Assembly (NCBI GenBank): GCA_047611885.1
Contig: JBLFWT010000001.1
Span: 1-36,097, forward strand
Direction of reading: 5' to 3'
DNA length: 36,097 nt
Source of the DNA: Candidatus Saccharimonadales bacterium
GTDB lineage: Bacteria; Patescibacteriota; Saccharimonadia; Saccharimonadales; SZUA-47
Shown here: positions 27,086-35,564 of the stretch, piece after piece
How positions within the stretch are numbered: position 1 is the first letter of the stretch
Layout of the letters: each line of letters starts with the position of its first letter
The notes under the pieces: generated by a model
Database searches by the model: none
What the model was told of the DNA's origin: nothing
Seen by the model: only the letters and a program-made list of their open reading frames with translations
Position numbers and translations under genes: made by a program

Positions 27086-27094
27086 ATGATTCTA
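27086..27094 (-). promoter_or_regulatory. Extended -10 promoter (TGcTAGAAT on the minus strand) for the tRNA-Thr/tRNA-Tyr unit
   Basis: The motif ends 15 nt upstream of the tRNA-Thr 5' end. Confidence 0.45.
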
Positions 27095-27141
27095 GCAAAA
27101 ATATTGCACAATTACCAGACGTAAATACAAGTACATCACTG

Positions 27142-27171
27142 TTGACTAGTTATTTTAGATAGTGTTAAATA
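27142..27171 (+). promoter_or_regulatory. Promoter for tRNA-Thr(GGT)
   Basis: TTGACT, a spacer of 17-18 nt, then TGtTAAATA. It ends about 14 nt before the tRNA. Confidence 0.5.
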
Positions 27172-27184
27172 GATCGAGTATGTC

Positions 27185-27259
27185 GCCCAGGTAGCTCAGT
27201 GGTAGAGCGCATCCATGGTAAGGATGAGGTCTCGAGTTCAATCCTCGATCTGGGCTCCA
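27185..27259 (+). tRNA. tRNA-Thr (anticodon GGT), CCA encoded
   Basis: Manual cloverleaf: acceptor GCCCAGG/TCTGGGC, D-arm GCTC/GAGC, anticodon stem CATCC/GGATG with loop ATGGTAA, and T-arm TCGAG-TTCAATC-CTCGA. Confidence 0.93.
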
Positions 27260-27318
27260 CAATACAGATTGATAAATATGTTGAAATATAGATTGTTATC
27301 TGTTAAAATGTTTTAGAT

Positions 27319-27525
27319 ATGGGAAAGAAATCAGAAAAACGTAAAATAATTGGACTAGTCTGTGAAGAAACAGGCCAGAGACATTATTACACGAAGAAGA
27401 ACACACAGAACACGCCTGACAAACTAAGGCTTAAGAAGTACAACCCCGTACTACGTAAGCATACTTGGTACGTTGAAACTAAGAAGAACCTTGGTCGAAA
27501 CGAAGTTAAACCCCGAAAGGGATAG
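27319..27525 (+). CDS. rpmG: 50S ribosomal protein L33 (zinc-independent type, extended C-terminus)
   Basis: 68 aa with YYTKKNTQNTPDKLRLKKYNPVLRKHTWYVETK. It is not followed by secE-nusG here. Confidence 0.9.
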   Translation: MGKKSEKRKIIGLVCEETGQRHYYTKKNTQNTPDKLRLKKYNPVLRKHTWYVETKKNLGRNEVKPRKG

Positions 27526-27543
27526 ACACTTAAACAGATCGTT

Positions 27544-27576
27544 AAAACCGTACTATATGTTTATAGTACGGTTTTT
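27544..27576. terminator. Bidirectional terminator between rpmG and the convergent GH15 gene
   Basis: AAAACCGTACTATA-TGTT-TATAGTACGGTTTT, a perfect 14-bp stem flanked by A and T runs. Confidence 0.85.
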
Positions 27577-27590
27577 AAATGTCAATTAAT

Positions 27591-29501
27591 CTATAACAAT
27601 GTGTTGATTAGCTCTGCGTGTGACCATACAAGAGGAGCGACACCAACAATAGACGAGTCTGTAGGATTGATCTGTTCTGACAGCACGCCGCTGTTTGTAG
27701 AGTTGGAGATAGCCCAATCTACATATTTATATGCCTTCTCACGATCTCCACAGTCTGCGTAATACTGAGCAAGCCACAGGGTAGTGACATACCAAGGATT
27801 TCCCTTGAACGCTGGCTCGCTCCTAAAATAGGCATCATCTGCGTATCTTGCGCTTCCGCCTGATGGAGAAATATCCAATAGTTCTGACTCTATCTTCCTA
27901 AGCGTCATTAATAATTGCTGATGGGTACCATAACCGAATTTGTACGCTCCATAGAAACTAGATATATCTAGGGTAGTATCCTCTTCGATTTCTCCATCTA
28001 TGTTAAGGAATCCTTTTAGGTGATGCGATTCGGACTGGCTAAACAACTTATCCGCACCTGTCTCTATAGCTTTTGATGCATCCCACCAAGTATCAGAACT
28101 GTCTAGATCCAAACTATACGCAGCTAGATCAGCTCCTACTGCCAATGCTCTGCACACTACACTGGTAGAGAATGTAGAAGTCAGGAACTTTTCCTCCCAT
28201 AAATCGTACGTTGCATGGGGTAGTTTTGTGTCCTCATCTATGAAACTAGCCATAAAGCTGCATGCTGGCTTAACTAACTTTTCATACATAGTCTGAACGA
28301 ACTCTTCATCTTCGCTATATTTGAGGTACTCTCCAAGCATAAATACGACTAGTGCTGTTTCATCTTCCTGAATTGCCAACTCGCTACTATTGCCATGTTC
28401 TATAGGGTGCCATGTACTACCCACAGCTTGGTCGGGCTGGTACTTATGCCTTAGATAACCATCTTTATGTATAATGCTGGCACAGAACTCAAAGAACTTC
28501 TTGGGCTCTTCTGTATAACCGAGTTTAATCAGCGGCCACATGCTCAGTGCGCCGTCTCTAGGCCAAACGTAGCTATAGTAGTCTCGTCCGTAGTTATAGA
28601 TAGAAGAGTCGCATGATGCGATTATGCCGCCATGTTCGTCTGTGTGTGCCTTAATAATCATTAGCGATTTTCTTAGCATAGGCATGTATTTTTCCGGCAC
28701 ATGTTTTGTCTGAGGAACCGAAATATTTAGCCACTCTTCCCAATGATTTACAGTTTCTTTCATTCTGCTATCAAATCCGTTGCCTAACATCGTCTTATGC
28801 ATTCGTTCTAAATCATCCTGGCTATCAGATGCTGCTATCCAGTAATGAAGCTCTCTGGATCCGTTAGCCTCAACTTCAACGCTGCATCTGATAGTCGAGT
28901 CGACGCTTGCATGCTCTACGCTTGAGCCAGACAGCTCGCCGTCTTCAGCATCCCTAAAAGTACCTTCTTTACCCTCTATGCCTGTATTGCCTACAGCATG
29001 CTGGTCAAAAGGCTTCCCCTCATCATCTTCAGCATATATTAACAAACTAACTCGCCCTTTATAGTCGAGAATGTAGTGATTATCAGGCTCGTATAGCGCT
29101 GTGTCTGCACGTCCTTGTGCACTAATCTCTACTACTTGATGGAAGAACATCCGGATTTCACGGTCATTTTCAGACATATTACGAATTGTAACTTTTCTAG
29201 CAAATATATCAGCGGACGCAACGACGAAATCCTCAAATAATAATGCAACGCCAAGTTCACTATTTACCAGTTCACATTTACTAACTAATGCGTCGTCGCG
29301 AAAGTTAATGTCTTTCTCCCAAGACTGCTCATTGATCCAGCTAAACTTACCATCAACCCATATACCTACATAGTGGGGGTTGCTGCGTGCCGAAGTAAGG
29401 TTTTCTAGCCCCACGTAAGGAAAGTAGAAGTCATGCACCATACCTGATTCATCAAGCCCAACTGTTAGGCCACCGTTTCCTAAGAATACTGGTCTAGCCA
29501 T
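27591..29501 (-). CDS. Glycoside hydrolase family 15 (glucoamylase / glucodextranase-like)
   Basis: 636 aa with YVWPRDGA, the general-acid region YDLWEEKF and the base region GVLSEQI. An N-terminal beta-sandwich precedes the (alpha/alpha)6 part. Confidence 0.85.
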   Translation of the reverse strand: MARPVFLGNGGLTVGLDESGMVHDFYFPYVGLENLTSARSNPHYVGIWVDGKFSWINEQSWEKDINFRDDALVSKCELVNSELGVALLFEDFVVASADIFARKVTIRNMSENDREIRMFFHQVVEISAQGRADTALYEPDNHYILDYKGRVSLLIYAEDDEGKPFDQHAVGNTGIEGKEGTFRDAEDGELSGSSVEHASVDSTIRCSVEVEANGSRELHYWIAASDSQDDLERMHKTMLGNGFDSRMKETVNHWEEWLNISVPQTKHVPEKYMPMLRKSLMIIKAHTDEHGGIIASCDSSIYNYGRDYYSYVWPRDGALSMWPLIKLGYTEEPKKFFEFCASIIHKDGYLRHKYQPDQAVGSTWHPIEHGNSSELAIQEDETALVVFMLGEYLKYSEDEEFVQTMYEKLVKPACSFMASFIDEDTKLPHATYDLWEEKFLTSTFSTSVVCRALAVGADLAAYSLDLDSSDTWWDASKAIETGADKLFSQSESHHLKGFLNIDGEIEEDTTLDISSFYGAYKFGYGTHQQLLMTLRKIESELLDISPSGGSARYADDAYFRSEPAFKGNPWYVTTLWLAQYYADCGDREKAYKYVDWAISNSTNSGVLSEQINPTDSSIVGVAPLVWSHAELINTLL

Positions 29502-30714
29502 TGTCGTCTAACTCTTTCTGGGCAAGTCTATATGTTAGATCCCGGTACGCGTTCATAAAATACCTAAACGCATCGTAAGGAGACTCATAAGGGCTGAAAT
29601 AGGCATGTACGTCACCATCACTAAACCACTTTGTGCACATATAGTAAACGTGGTCGCTAGTTTGCAACCTCCGCCAGTCTTCGATTAGCTTGTCGTCATT
29701 AGAATCTATGATTTTACGTTCTAGGGAATAAAGGCTAGTTATAGCGTCGATCTGCATATCGTTTCCTAGCCATGCGGTTAGGTCTCGCTCAGCATCAGCC
29801 CACGTAATAGTCTGAGGGATGTCTATGAATCCCTTTGGTTCATGAGTTTCGGCTGCCTCAGTAATAGTCTTGAAGTTGTTTCCTTCTGTCTTTAGCCATT
29901 CATTCGGCAGGTTGTGTAGGAAGTTAAATATACCAGTATCAGCCCACTGATGTTCCCCAAAAGTTTCGTAATCCATAAATAGATTAATCAGTTCAGAGTC
30001 AGGATCGCCCTCGTTCATCCAGTGAGTATACTTTTCTGTATCTAGTGGCCACTCAGACCACCCTTGGTTAGAGAAACGAAATGCTACATCATCACTAAGC
30101 TTATAGTTCTTCATTAGCAGCTTTATATTGCTAGTGTAGCTTGGCCTATACAGATAGTTTGGCGATCGCCACTCCAGTATAGGGTCCCAACCTTCAGTTA
30201 TAATAGCTTTATAGCCAGCTTCGTCTGCCCAGTAAGCCAGATCGTTGTTATACGAAAGCTCTGTGTTTCTGAATGCGGTAGGAACAACGCCAAAAATCTC
30301 ACCAATTTTATCTGCATGCTTTGCGACTTGTTTAACAAACTCAGTGCGCGAATAGAAAAAGGCCAATGAGTGATGGTATGTTTCAGCTACTATTTCAACC
30401 TTACCAGTGTCTACTATCCTTTTGAATGACTCAAGTACATCTGGACGCCACATCTCTAACTGATCTATTAGAGTACCCGTTATGGATAGGCTAACTTTGA
30501 ATTCACGGTGATTCTGTAGAAGCTCTAACAATACCTGGTTGGTGGGTAGGTATGATTTTTCTGCCACTTTGTCTATGATGAATCTGTTGTTAGTATCTTT
30601 GTTAGGGGATTCATCGTTGAAGTACTCATGATCATGCCCAGCATTAAATACAGAGTATTTCTTAACCCTCAGAGGCTGATGTGCATGTAGATATAGGACA
30701 ATCGATTTACCCAT
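29494..30714 (-). CDS. Glycoside hydrolase family 57 (amylase-like, specificity unknown)
   Basis: 406 aa. The GH57 conserved regions are LHAHQP, VEIVAETYHH, FRNTEL (candidate nucleophile Glu), MDYETFGEH (candidate acid/base Asp) and QTSDHVYYM. There is an 8-nt ATGGCTAG overlap with the GH15 gene. Confidence 0.85.
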   Translation of the reverse strand: MGKSIVLYLHAHQPLRVKKYSVFNAGHDHEYFNDESPNKDTNNRFIIDKVAEKSYLPTNQVLLELLQNHREFKVSLSITGTLIDQLEMWRPDVLESFKRIVDTGKVEIVAETYHHSLAFFYSRTEFVKQVAKHADKIGEIFGVVPTAFRNTELSYNNDLAYWADEAGYKAIITEGWDPILEWRSPNYLYRPSYTSNIKLLMKNYKLSDDVAFRFSNQGWSEWPLDTEKYTHWMNEGDPDSELINLFMDYETFGEHQWADTGIFNFLHNLPNEWLKTEGNNFKTITEAAETHEPKGFIDIPQTITWADAERDLTAWLGNDMQIDAITSLYSLERKIIDSNDDKLIEDWRRLQTSDHVYYMCTKWFSDGDVHAYFSPYESPYDAFRYFMNAYRDLTYRLAQKELDDNG

Positions 30715-31918
30715 TATATGCAGACTCCATGGATAGACTATATTTATCCTTCATTAATGCCACTGACTTATCCCAAGAGTTGTTCTTGTACTCGGTATAG
30801 CTACTTTCCCACATAGACTCTGCTAGAGACTCATTTTCTACTACGCTCAAGATCATATCGGCCATCTGTTCTGTATCCCAAAAGTCTACCTTGTAGCAAT
30901 TTTGTAATACCTCAGCTACACCAGATTGCTTAGAAACTATGGTAGGAGATCCGAATGCGATAGCTTCTAGAGCAGTAAGTCCGAAAGGTTCTGATACGGA
31001 GGGCATAATAAACACGTCACCAATCCTGAATGAGTCCCTCCACTCCTTGCCGCTTACCCAGCTTTCGAATATAACATTTTTTGAAATACCGTATTTAGCA
31101 GCTAGAGACATAAGCTCATCTTCTTGCTCACCGCCACCTGCCAGGAGGAATAGTACTTTCTCATTCTTGGAGACTACTTTAGCGGCTGCCTCGAGTAGGT
31201 GAGTCAGGCCTTTTTGTATAGTTTTACGACCTATATTGACGACCACTTTATAACCATTGGCTTTCATCATTTCTAGATAGTGATGAGACGATATCCCTTC
31301 ATAAATTTCATGATCTATATTCATTCCGTTATGAACTACGTGTATCTTATCTCTGTCTATGCCGTAATGATCTATCAATACATTTTTAGTGTATTCGCTG
31401 ACAGCAAATATGTAATCAGCCATGGTGAGTCCAGCGTACTCAATCTCTCTTATCTCAGGATTACCGTGTTTGCCAGCAGACTGATCAAACTGGGTTGCGT
31501 GGACATGTGCAATTAATGGCTTTCCTGTCGCCATTTTTGCCGCCATACCAGCCTTGAATGTCAACCAGTCATGTGCATGGATAACATCAAATTCGGCATA
31601 TTTTGCTATCTTGGTAACGTTATGTGTAAATAGGTCGTGCTGTTTACGAAGGTCAAGTGGCTGATCTAGGATTTTTACTGTAGTCTTGCTAAAATATTGG
31701 GAGTCGTATACTCCACCAGCCCACCTAAACTCTTCTTCAGTCTGATTATGCGCAGGGACAATGTTCATAAAGTCTATGTCATATTCGGCGCTGTAAGGCA
31801 GTACGAAGTCTATATCTACTCCGCTAGAAGCAAGCCCTTTACACATTTCATAGCAGGCTACTCCTAGCCCACCACTATGATGTGGTGGCAGTTCCCACCC
31901 TAACATTAATACTTTCAC
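30707..31918 (-). CDS. GT-B glycosyltransferase, archaeal-type glycogen-synthase-like
   Basis: 403 aa with a GTG start. The N-terminus KVLMLGWELPPHHSGGLG resembles the archaeal glycogen synthase KVLLLGFE..GGL motif. The C-terminal half has SVSEPFGLTALEA. There is an 8-nt overlap with the GH57 gene. Confidence 0.75.
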   Translation of the reverse strand: MKVLMLGWELPPHHSGGLGVACYEMCKGLASSGVDIDFVLPYSAEYDIDFMNIVPAHNQTEEEFRWAGGVYDSQYFSKTTVKILDQPLDLRKQHDLFTHNVTKIAKYAEFDVIHAHDWLTFKAGMAAKMATGKPLIAHVHATQFDQSAGKHGNPEIREIEYAGLTMADYIFAVSEYTKNVLIDHYGIDRDKIHVVHNGMNIDHEIYEGISSHHYLEMMKANGYKVVVNIGRKTIQKGLTHLLEAAAKVVSKNEKVLFLLAGGGEQEDELMSLAAKYGISKNVIFESWVSGKEWRDSFRIGDVFIMPSVSEPFGLTALEAIAFGSPTIVSKQSGVAEVLQNCYKVDFWDTEQMADMILSVVENESLAESMWESSYTEYKNNSWDKSVALMKDKYSLSMESAYNG

Positions 31919-32024
31919 CCTGTTAAACTACCTTTTTTTGCGCGTTTAATTTGTCTGATTACTAGTATAGTGCTTATGGTATATAAATACAACAAGAATA
32001 ACAGATGTAATTTATGCAATAACG

Positions 32025-32033
32025 TGCTATAGT
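32025..32033 (+). promoter_or_regulatory. Extended -10 promoter (TGcTATAGT) 9 nt before the typA ATG (probably leaderless)
   Basis: A TGn plus -10 motif with no SD before the ATG at 32043. Confidence 0.4.
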
Positions 32034-32042
32034 TAATAACTT

Positions 32043-33866
32043 ATGAAACAATCAGAAAAAATACGCAACATTGCGATCATTGCACACGTTGATCACGGAA
32101 AAACTACACTTGTTGATGGTTTACTAAAACAGTCTAATACTTTTAGGGATAACCAGTCGGAAATGAGCCAAGAGCTAATCATGGATAGTGGCGATCAGGA
32201 AAAAGAACGTGGTATAACAATTACAGCCAAGATTACTGCGGTTGACCACGACGGCTACCGTATAAATATTATCGACACGCCGGGACACGCCGACTTTTCA
32301 GGTGAAGTAGAGCGGACACTACGTATGGCTGACGGCTGTATCTTAGTTGTTGATGCTCAAGAAGGACCGATGCCTCAGACTAAGTTCGTGCTTAAAAAAT
32401 CACTTGAACTTGGACTAAAACCTATCGTAGTCATAAACAAGATAGATAAGGCAGCACGGCGTATCGCAGAAGTCGAAGATGAACTAGCTAACTTATTCTT
32501 AGAACTTGCAGTTAACGAGGATCAACTGCACTATCCTGTCTATTATGCAATTGGAAGAGATGAAAAAGCGTGGAAAGACATTCCTGAAGATCCAGAATCA
32601 GCAGAAGCTGACCTGTCTGTTATATTCGACTCTATCATAAATGAAGTGTCAGCACCGTCAGTGGACGAAGGTGGATCTCTGCAGCTATTAGTTTCTTCAC
32701 TACGCTATGACTCATTCCAGGGTAAATACGCAGTAGGTAGATTAGAGCGTGGAATTCTGAAGAAAAAAGACCAAATCATCCTATGTGGTGAAAATGGCCA
32801 GACTAAAGGCAAGATCGACCGACTATATAGAACTGTAGGACTAGCTTTTATAGAAGTTGAAGAAGCTATCGCTGGAGATATTGTATCTGTTACAGGATTA
32901 GCAGACGCGAAAATCGGAGATACTATCGCTGATGAAAATAATGCAGAAGCTTTGCCTCGTATTGAAGTAGAGCCACCTACGCTTAAAATCTACTTAGGCC
33001 CAAACACTAGCCCAGTAAAAGGTAACGAAGCAGAGTTCAACACTTCTAGGCAAATTGGCGACCGGCTTAAACAAGAGCTAGAAACAAATGTTGGACTAGA
33101 AATAGAAGAACAAGGAATCGGATTCCTAGTTGCAGGACGTGGTGAACTTCACCTATCAGTATTGATCGAAACCATGCGACGTGAAGGATTCGAATTTGAA
33201 GTAGGACGGCCACAAGTTGTTACTAAGATGGAAGACGGAGCAGAAGTAGAGCCAGTAGAAGAGTTAACCGTAGAGGTACCAGGCGAACACGTCGGTGCTG
33301 TACAGATGGAACTAGGGAAGCGTAAGGCTGAATTAGTGCAGCAAAATAACTCAAATAAGGGCGTAACGGAACTAATTTACAAGATCCCAACACGTGCACT
33401 TCTAGGTGCCAGAAACACGCTTATGACAGCCACTAAAGGGACAATAATTATGAACACGCTCCTTGATTCATATGCACCAGTCAGCCCAGCACTAAATCAG
33501 ATCCGTAACGGAGTACTAGTCGCTTGGGAAACAGGAGTAGCTACGCCATACGCACTTCAGAGCGCGGAAGACCGCGGCGAACTATTCGTCGGTGCTACGC
33601 ATAAAGTATATGCAGGCCAAATCGTTGGACTTAACACTCGTCAGGACGATCTAGAAGTTAACATATGTAAGGAGAAGCACCTAACAAACATGCGTAGCTC
33701 CTCATCTGACGGAGTTGTACAACTAACTCCATACACGCAGTTCAGCCTAGAACAATGCCTTGACTTCATCGAAAACGACGAGTTACTAGAAGTAACGCCA
33801 AAATCTCTAAGACTACGCAAAAAAGAACTCGACCACAACAAAAGAAAACGCGCCGCTAAACAATAG
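32043..33866 (+). CDS. typA: Translational GTPase TypA/BipA
   Basis: 607 aa with [20 protein letters not shown] and NKIDK, plus the BipA-specific C-terminal domain ending in a basic tail. Confidence 0.93.
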   Translation: MKQSEKIRNIAIIAHVDHGKTTLVDGLLKQSNTFRDNQSEMSQELIMDSGDQEKERGITITAKITAVDHDGYRINIIDTPGHADFSGEVERTLRMADGCILVVDAQEGPMPQTKFVLKKSLELGLKPIVVINKIDKAARRIAEVEDELANLFLELAVNEDQLHYPVYYAIGRDEKAWKDIPEDPESAEADLSVIFDSIINEVSAPSVDEGGSLQLLVSSLRYDSFQGKYAVGRLERGILKKKDQIILCGENGQTKGKIDRLYRTVGLAFIEVEEAIAGDIVSVTGLADAKIGDTIADENNAEALPRIEVEPPTLKIYLGPNTSPVKGNEAEFNTSRQIGDRLKQELETNVGLEIEEQGIGFLVAGRGELHLSVLIETMRREGFEFEVGRPQVVTKMEDGAEVEPVEELTVEVPGEHVGAVQMELGKRKAELVQQNNSNKGVTELIYKIPTRALLGARNTLMTATKGTIIMNTLLDSYAPVSPALNQIRNGVLVAWETGVATPYALQSAEDRGELFVGATHKVYAGQIVGLNTRQDDLEVNICKEKHLTNMRSSSSDGVVQLTPYTQFSLEQCLDFIENDELLEVTPKSLRLRKKELDHNKRKRAAKQ

Positions 33867-33897
33867 TCGTTTAGTGCTTACTGGGAATATTAAGCCT

Positions 33898-35484
33898 CTA
33901 AATGTCTTGTACTTGGCCGAAGGCTATGCGGTCTAGGATTTTACCTTGCATTTCCATCATTAGGGCGGGGGTGACTACAAACTCTCCATACCTGTTGTTT
34001 ATCGTATCTACAGCATCACTAATCCTCTTCCCGGTCTCATACGCTCGGTAGGGCGAATCCCCAATCTTCAGTCCCCAATCCCCATTCTGGTCAAACAAGC
34101 TTGTTTGATATGGCTCCAACGGAGCCAACCCGTACACATTAACGGCCAGTATCCTGACCCTAGCAGGTATCTCTGCCGTATACAGTAGTCTTTTGGCTGC
34201 CTGATATATATCCTGTGTGCTGTACATCCTGTGATAGACCTTTTCGCCGCGATGCCAGCTCCGCATTTTGTACATATGCTCAAATGACGCCGGGGCGTCA
34301 GGAGAGACTGAGGTGTGTGGATTGGAGATTGGAGAGGCTGCAGTACTTGTAGCTCTGAATCCTGAATTCATGATTTTCTGCGTACCTGATGTTCTGTGAT
34401 TAATTGGATCATTGTAATTTGGTAATTCATTGGCTATTGCTAATTGGTTATTGTGACTTGGTTCACTAGTGAACCCTAGATATAAATGTATTCCTGAAGC
34501 GTATTGTTTTGTTTTGCGTAGCCGGCGGCCAGCTTTTTCGCATAGCTTCATCAGTAACTGAGATAATTCGTCCAGGTCAGTAGTTTTATGGGGCAGGGCG
34601 TACTGATGGCCTATACTCTTCTGGCTGAACTCTATGGCATCAGCTTCGTAGCCCCTCAACCTCATATACCAGTGATACCCGTTAATACTCTTGAAGACAC
34701 GCTTCTTCAGCGTTGTTAGGTCTGCCTCCAGGAATTCTATCGGTGTGTACACGCCTGCCTCCCGCAAGCGAGCCCTGAAGCGCGTATTAATACCTGGTAG
34801 GTCGACCAAGGCCATACCTTCATACTTTGACCGTAGATTCACGTGATCTATCAGTGTCATTCCGTCTGGCTTGCCAAACCCAGCAGCATACTTAGCCAGG
34901 AACCTGTTGGGCGCTATGCCTATGTTGACCGTCACCCACTCGCCTAAACGCTCGCGTATCTTGCTCTTTATCTCTAGCCCTATCTTTTTCATGGCCTCGT
35001 TATGTCGCAACCGTCGCCCCTCCACCCCGTTACTGTACAAGGTCGGACCTTGTACAGTAGGGTTGTGGGCCAGGGAGGCGGATAGGTCTAGGACGAACTC
35101 ATCTATGGATTTTGGAGTCACGTCAGGGGAGTATTCCAGCAGCACCTCTTTGAACAGTCGGTGGGCTTCTCGGTATTTGGCTGGATCTGGCGTCATTATC
35201 ACTATTCCTGGGGCCATTGAGCGGGCCTGTTCTACGTTGACACCTAACTTTATGCCCTTGGCCTTAGCCTCGTAGCTAGCCGCTATTATCATTCCCCTGG
35301 GAGTATCGTATGCCGGTACACCTACGGGTCTACCACGTAGCAGTCTGTTGGCTTGCTGTTCAATTATCGCAAAGCAGCTATTCAGATCTATGTGCATGAC
35401 GTATGGTAAACCTTTGTTTACCATAGATTGGGGATTGAAGATTGGGGATTGAAGATTATTCTTATCCAGATTTTCTTGCTTCAT
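33898..35484 (-). CDS. Y-family (UmuC/ImpB-like) translesion DNA polymerase with a 20-aa N-terminal extension and a roughly 70-aa low-complexity insert
   Basis: 528 aa. Motif I is HIDLNSCFAIIEQ (the D-x-N variant seen in UmuC). Motif III, SIDEF, is intact. An AAGGA SD lies 9 nt before the ATG. The composition looks slightly more GC-rich than the ribosomal genes by eye. Confidence 0.88.
   Translation of the reverse strand: MKQENLDKNNLQSPIFNPQSMVNKGLPYVMHIDLNSCFAIIEQQANRLLRGRPVGVPAYDTPRGMIIAASYEAKAKGIKLGVNVEQARSMAPGIVIMTPDPAKYREAHRLFKEVLLEYSPDVTPKSIDEFVLDLSASLAHNPTVQGPTLYSNGVEGRRLRHNEAMKKIGLEIKSKIRERLGEWVTVNIGIAPNRFLAKYAAGFGKPDGMTLIDHVNLRSKYEGMALVDLPGINTRFRARLREAGVYTPIEFLEADLTTLKKRVFKSINGYHWYMRLRGYEADAIEFSQKSIGHQYALPHKTTDLDELSQLLMKLCEKAGRRLRKTKQYASGIHLYLGFTSEPSHNNQLAIANELPNYNDPINHRTSGTQKIMNSGFRATSTAASPISNPHTSVSPDAPASFEHMYKMRSWHRGEKVYHRMYSTQDIYQAAKRLLYTAEIPARVRILAVNVYGLAPLEPYQTSLFDQNGDWGLKIGDSPYRAYETGKRISDAVDTINNRYGEFVVTPALMMEMQGKILDRIAFGQVQDI
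34056..34080. repeat. Right arm of a 25-bp inverted repeat (AATCCCCAATCTTCAGTCCCCAATC on the plus strand)
   Basis: It matches the reverse complement of 35426-35450 at 24 of 25 positions. It lies in polymerase codons of about 468-476. Confidence 0.9.
35425..35457. repeat. Perfect 14-nt tandem repeat (2.4 copies) that also contains the left arm of the 25-bp inverted repeat (35426-35450)
   Basis: The minus strand reads AATCTTCAATCCCC AATCTTCAATCCCC AATCT. It lies in polymerase codons 10-20, upstream of an internal Met21. Confidence 0.9.
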
Positions 35485-35535
35485 GGGTGGCTATCCTTTC
35501 TTTGTTAACTAATCTATGTTTTGTGCTACAGTTTG

Positions 35536-35564
35536 TTGACTTTACTTGATCACTGTGGTATTAT
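35536..35564 (+). promoter_or_regulatory. Strong promoter for the small ORF at 35594
   Basis: TTGACT, a 17-nt spacer, then TGgTATTAT. Its -10 overlaps a minus-strand TATAAT (35560-35565) that faces the polymerase gene. Confidence 0.6.
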
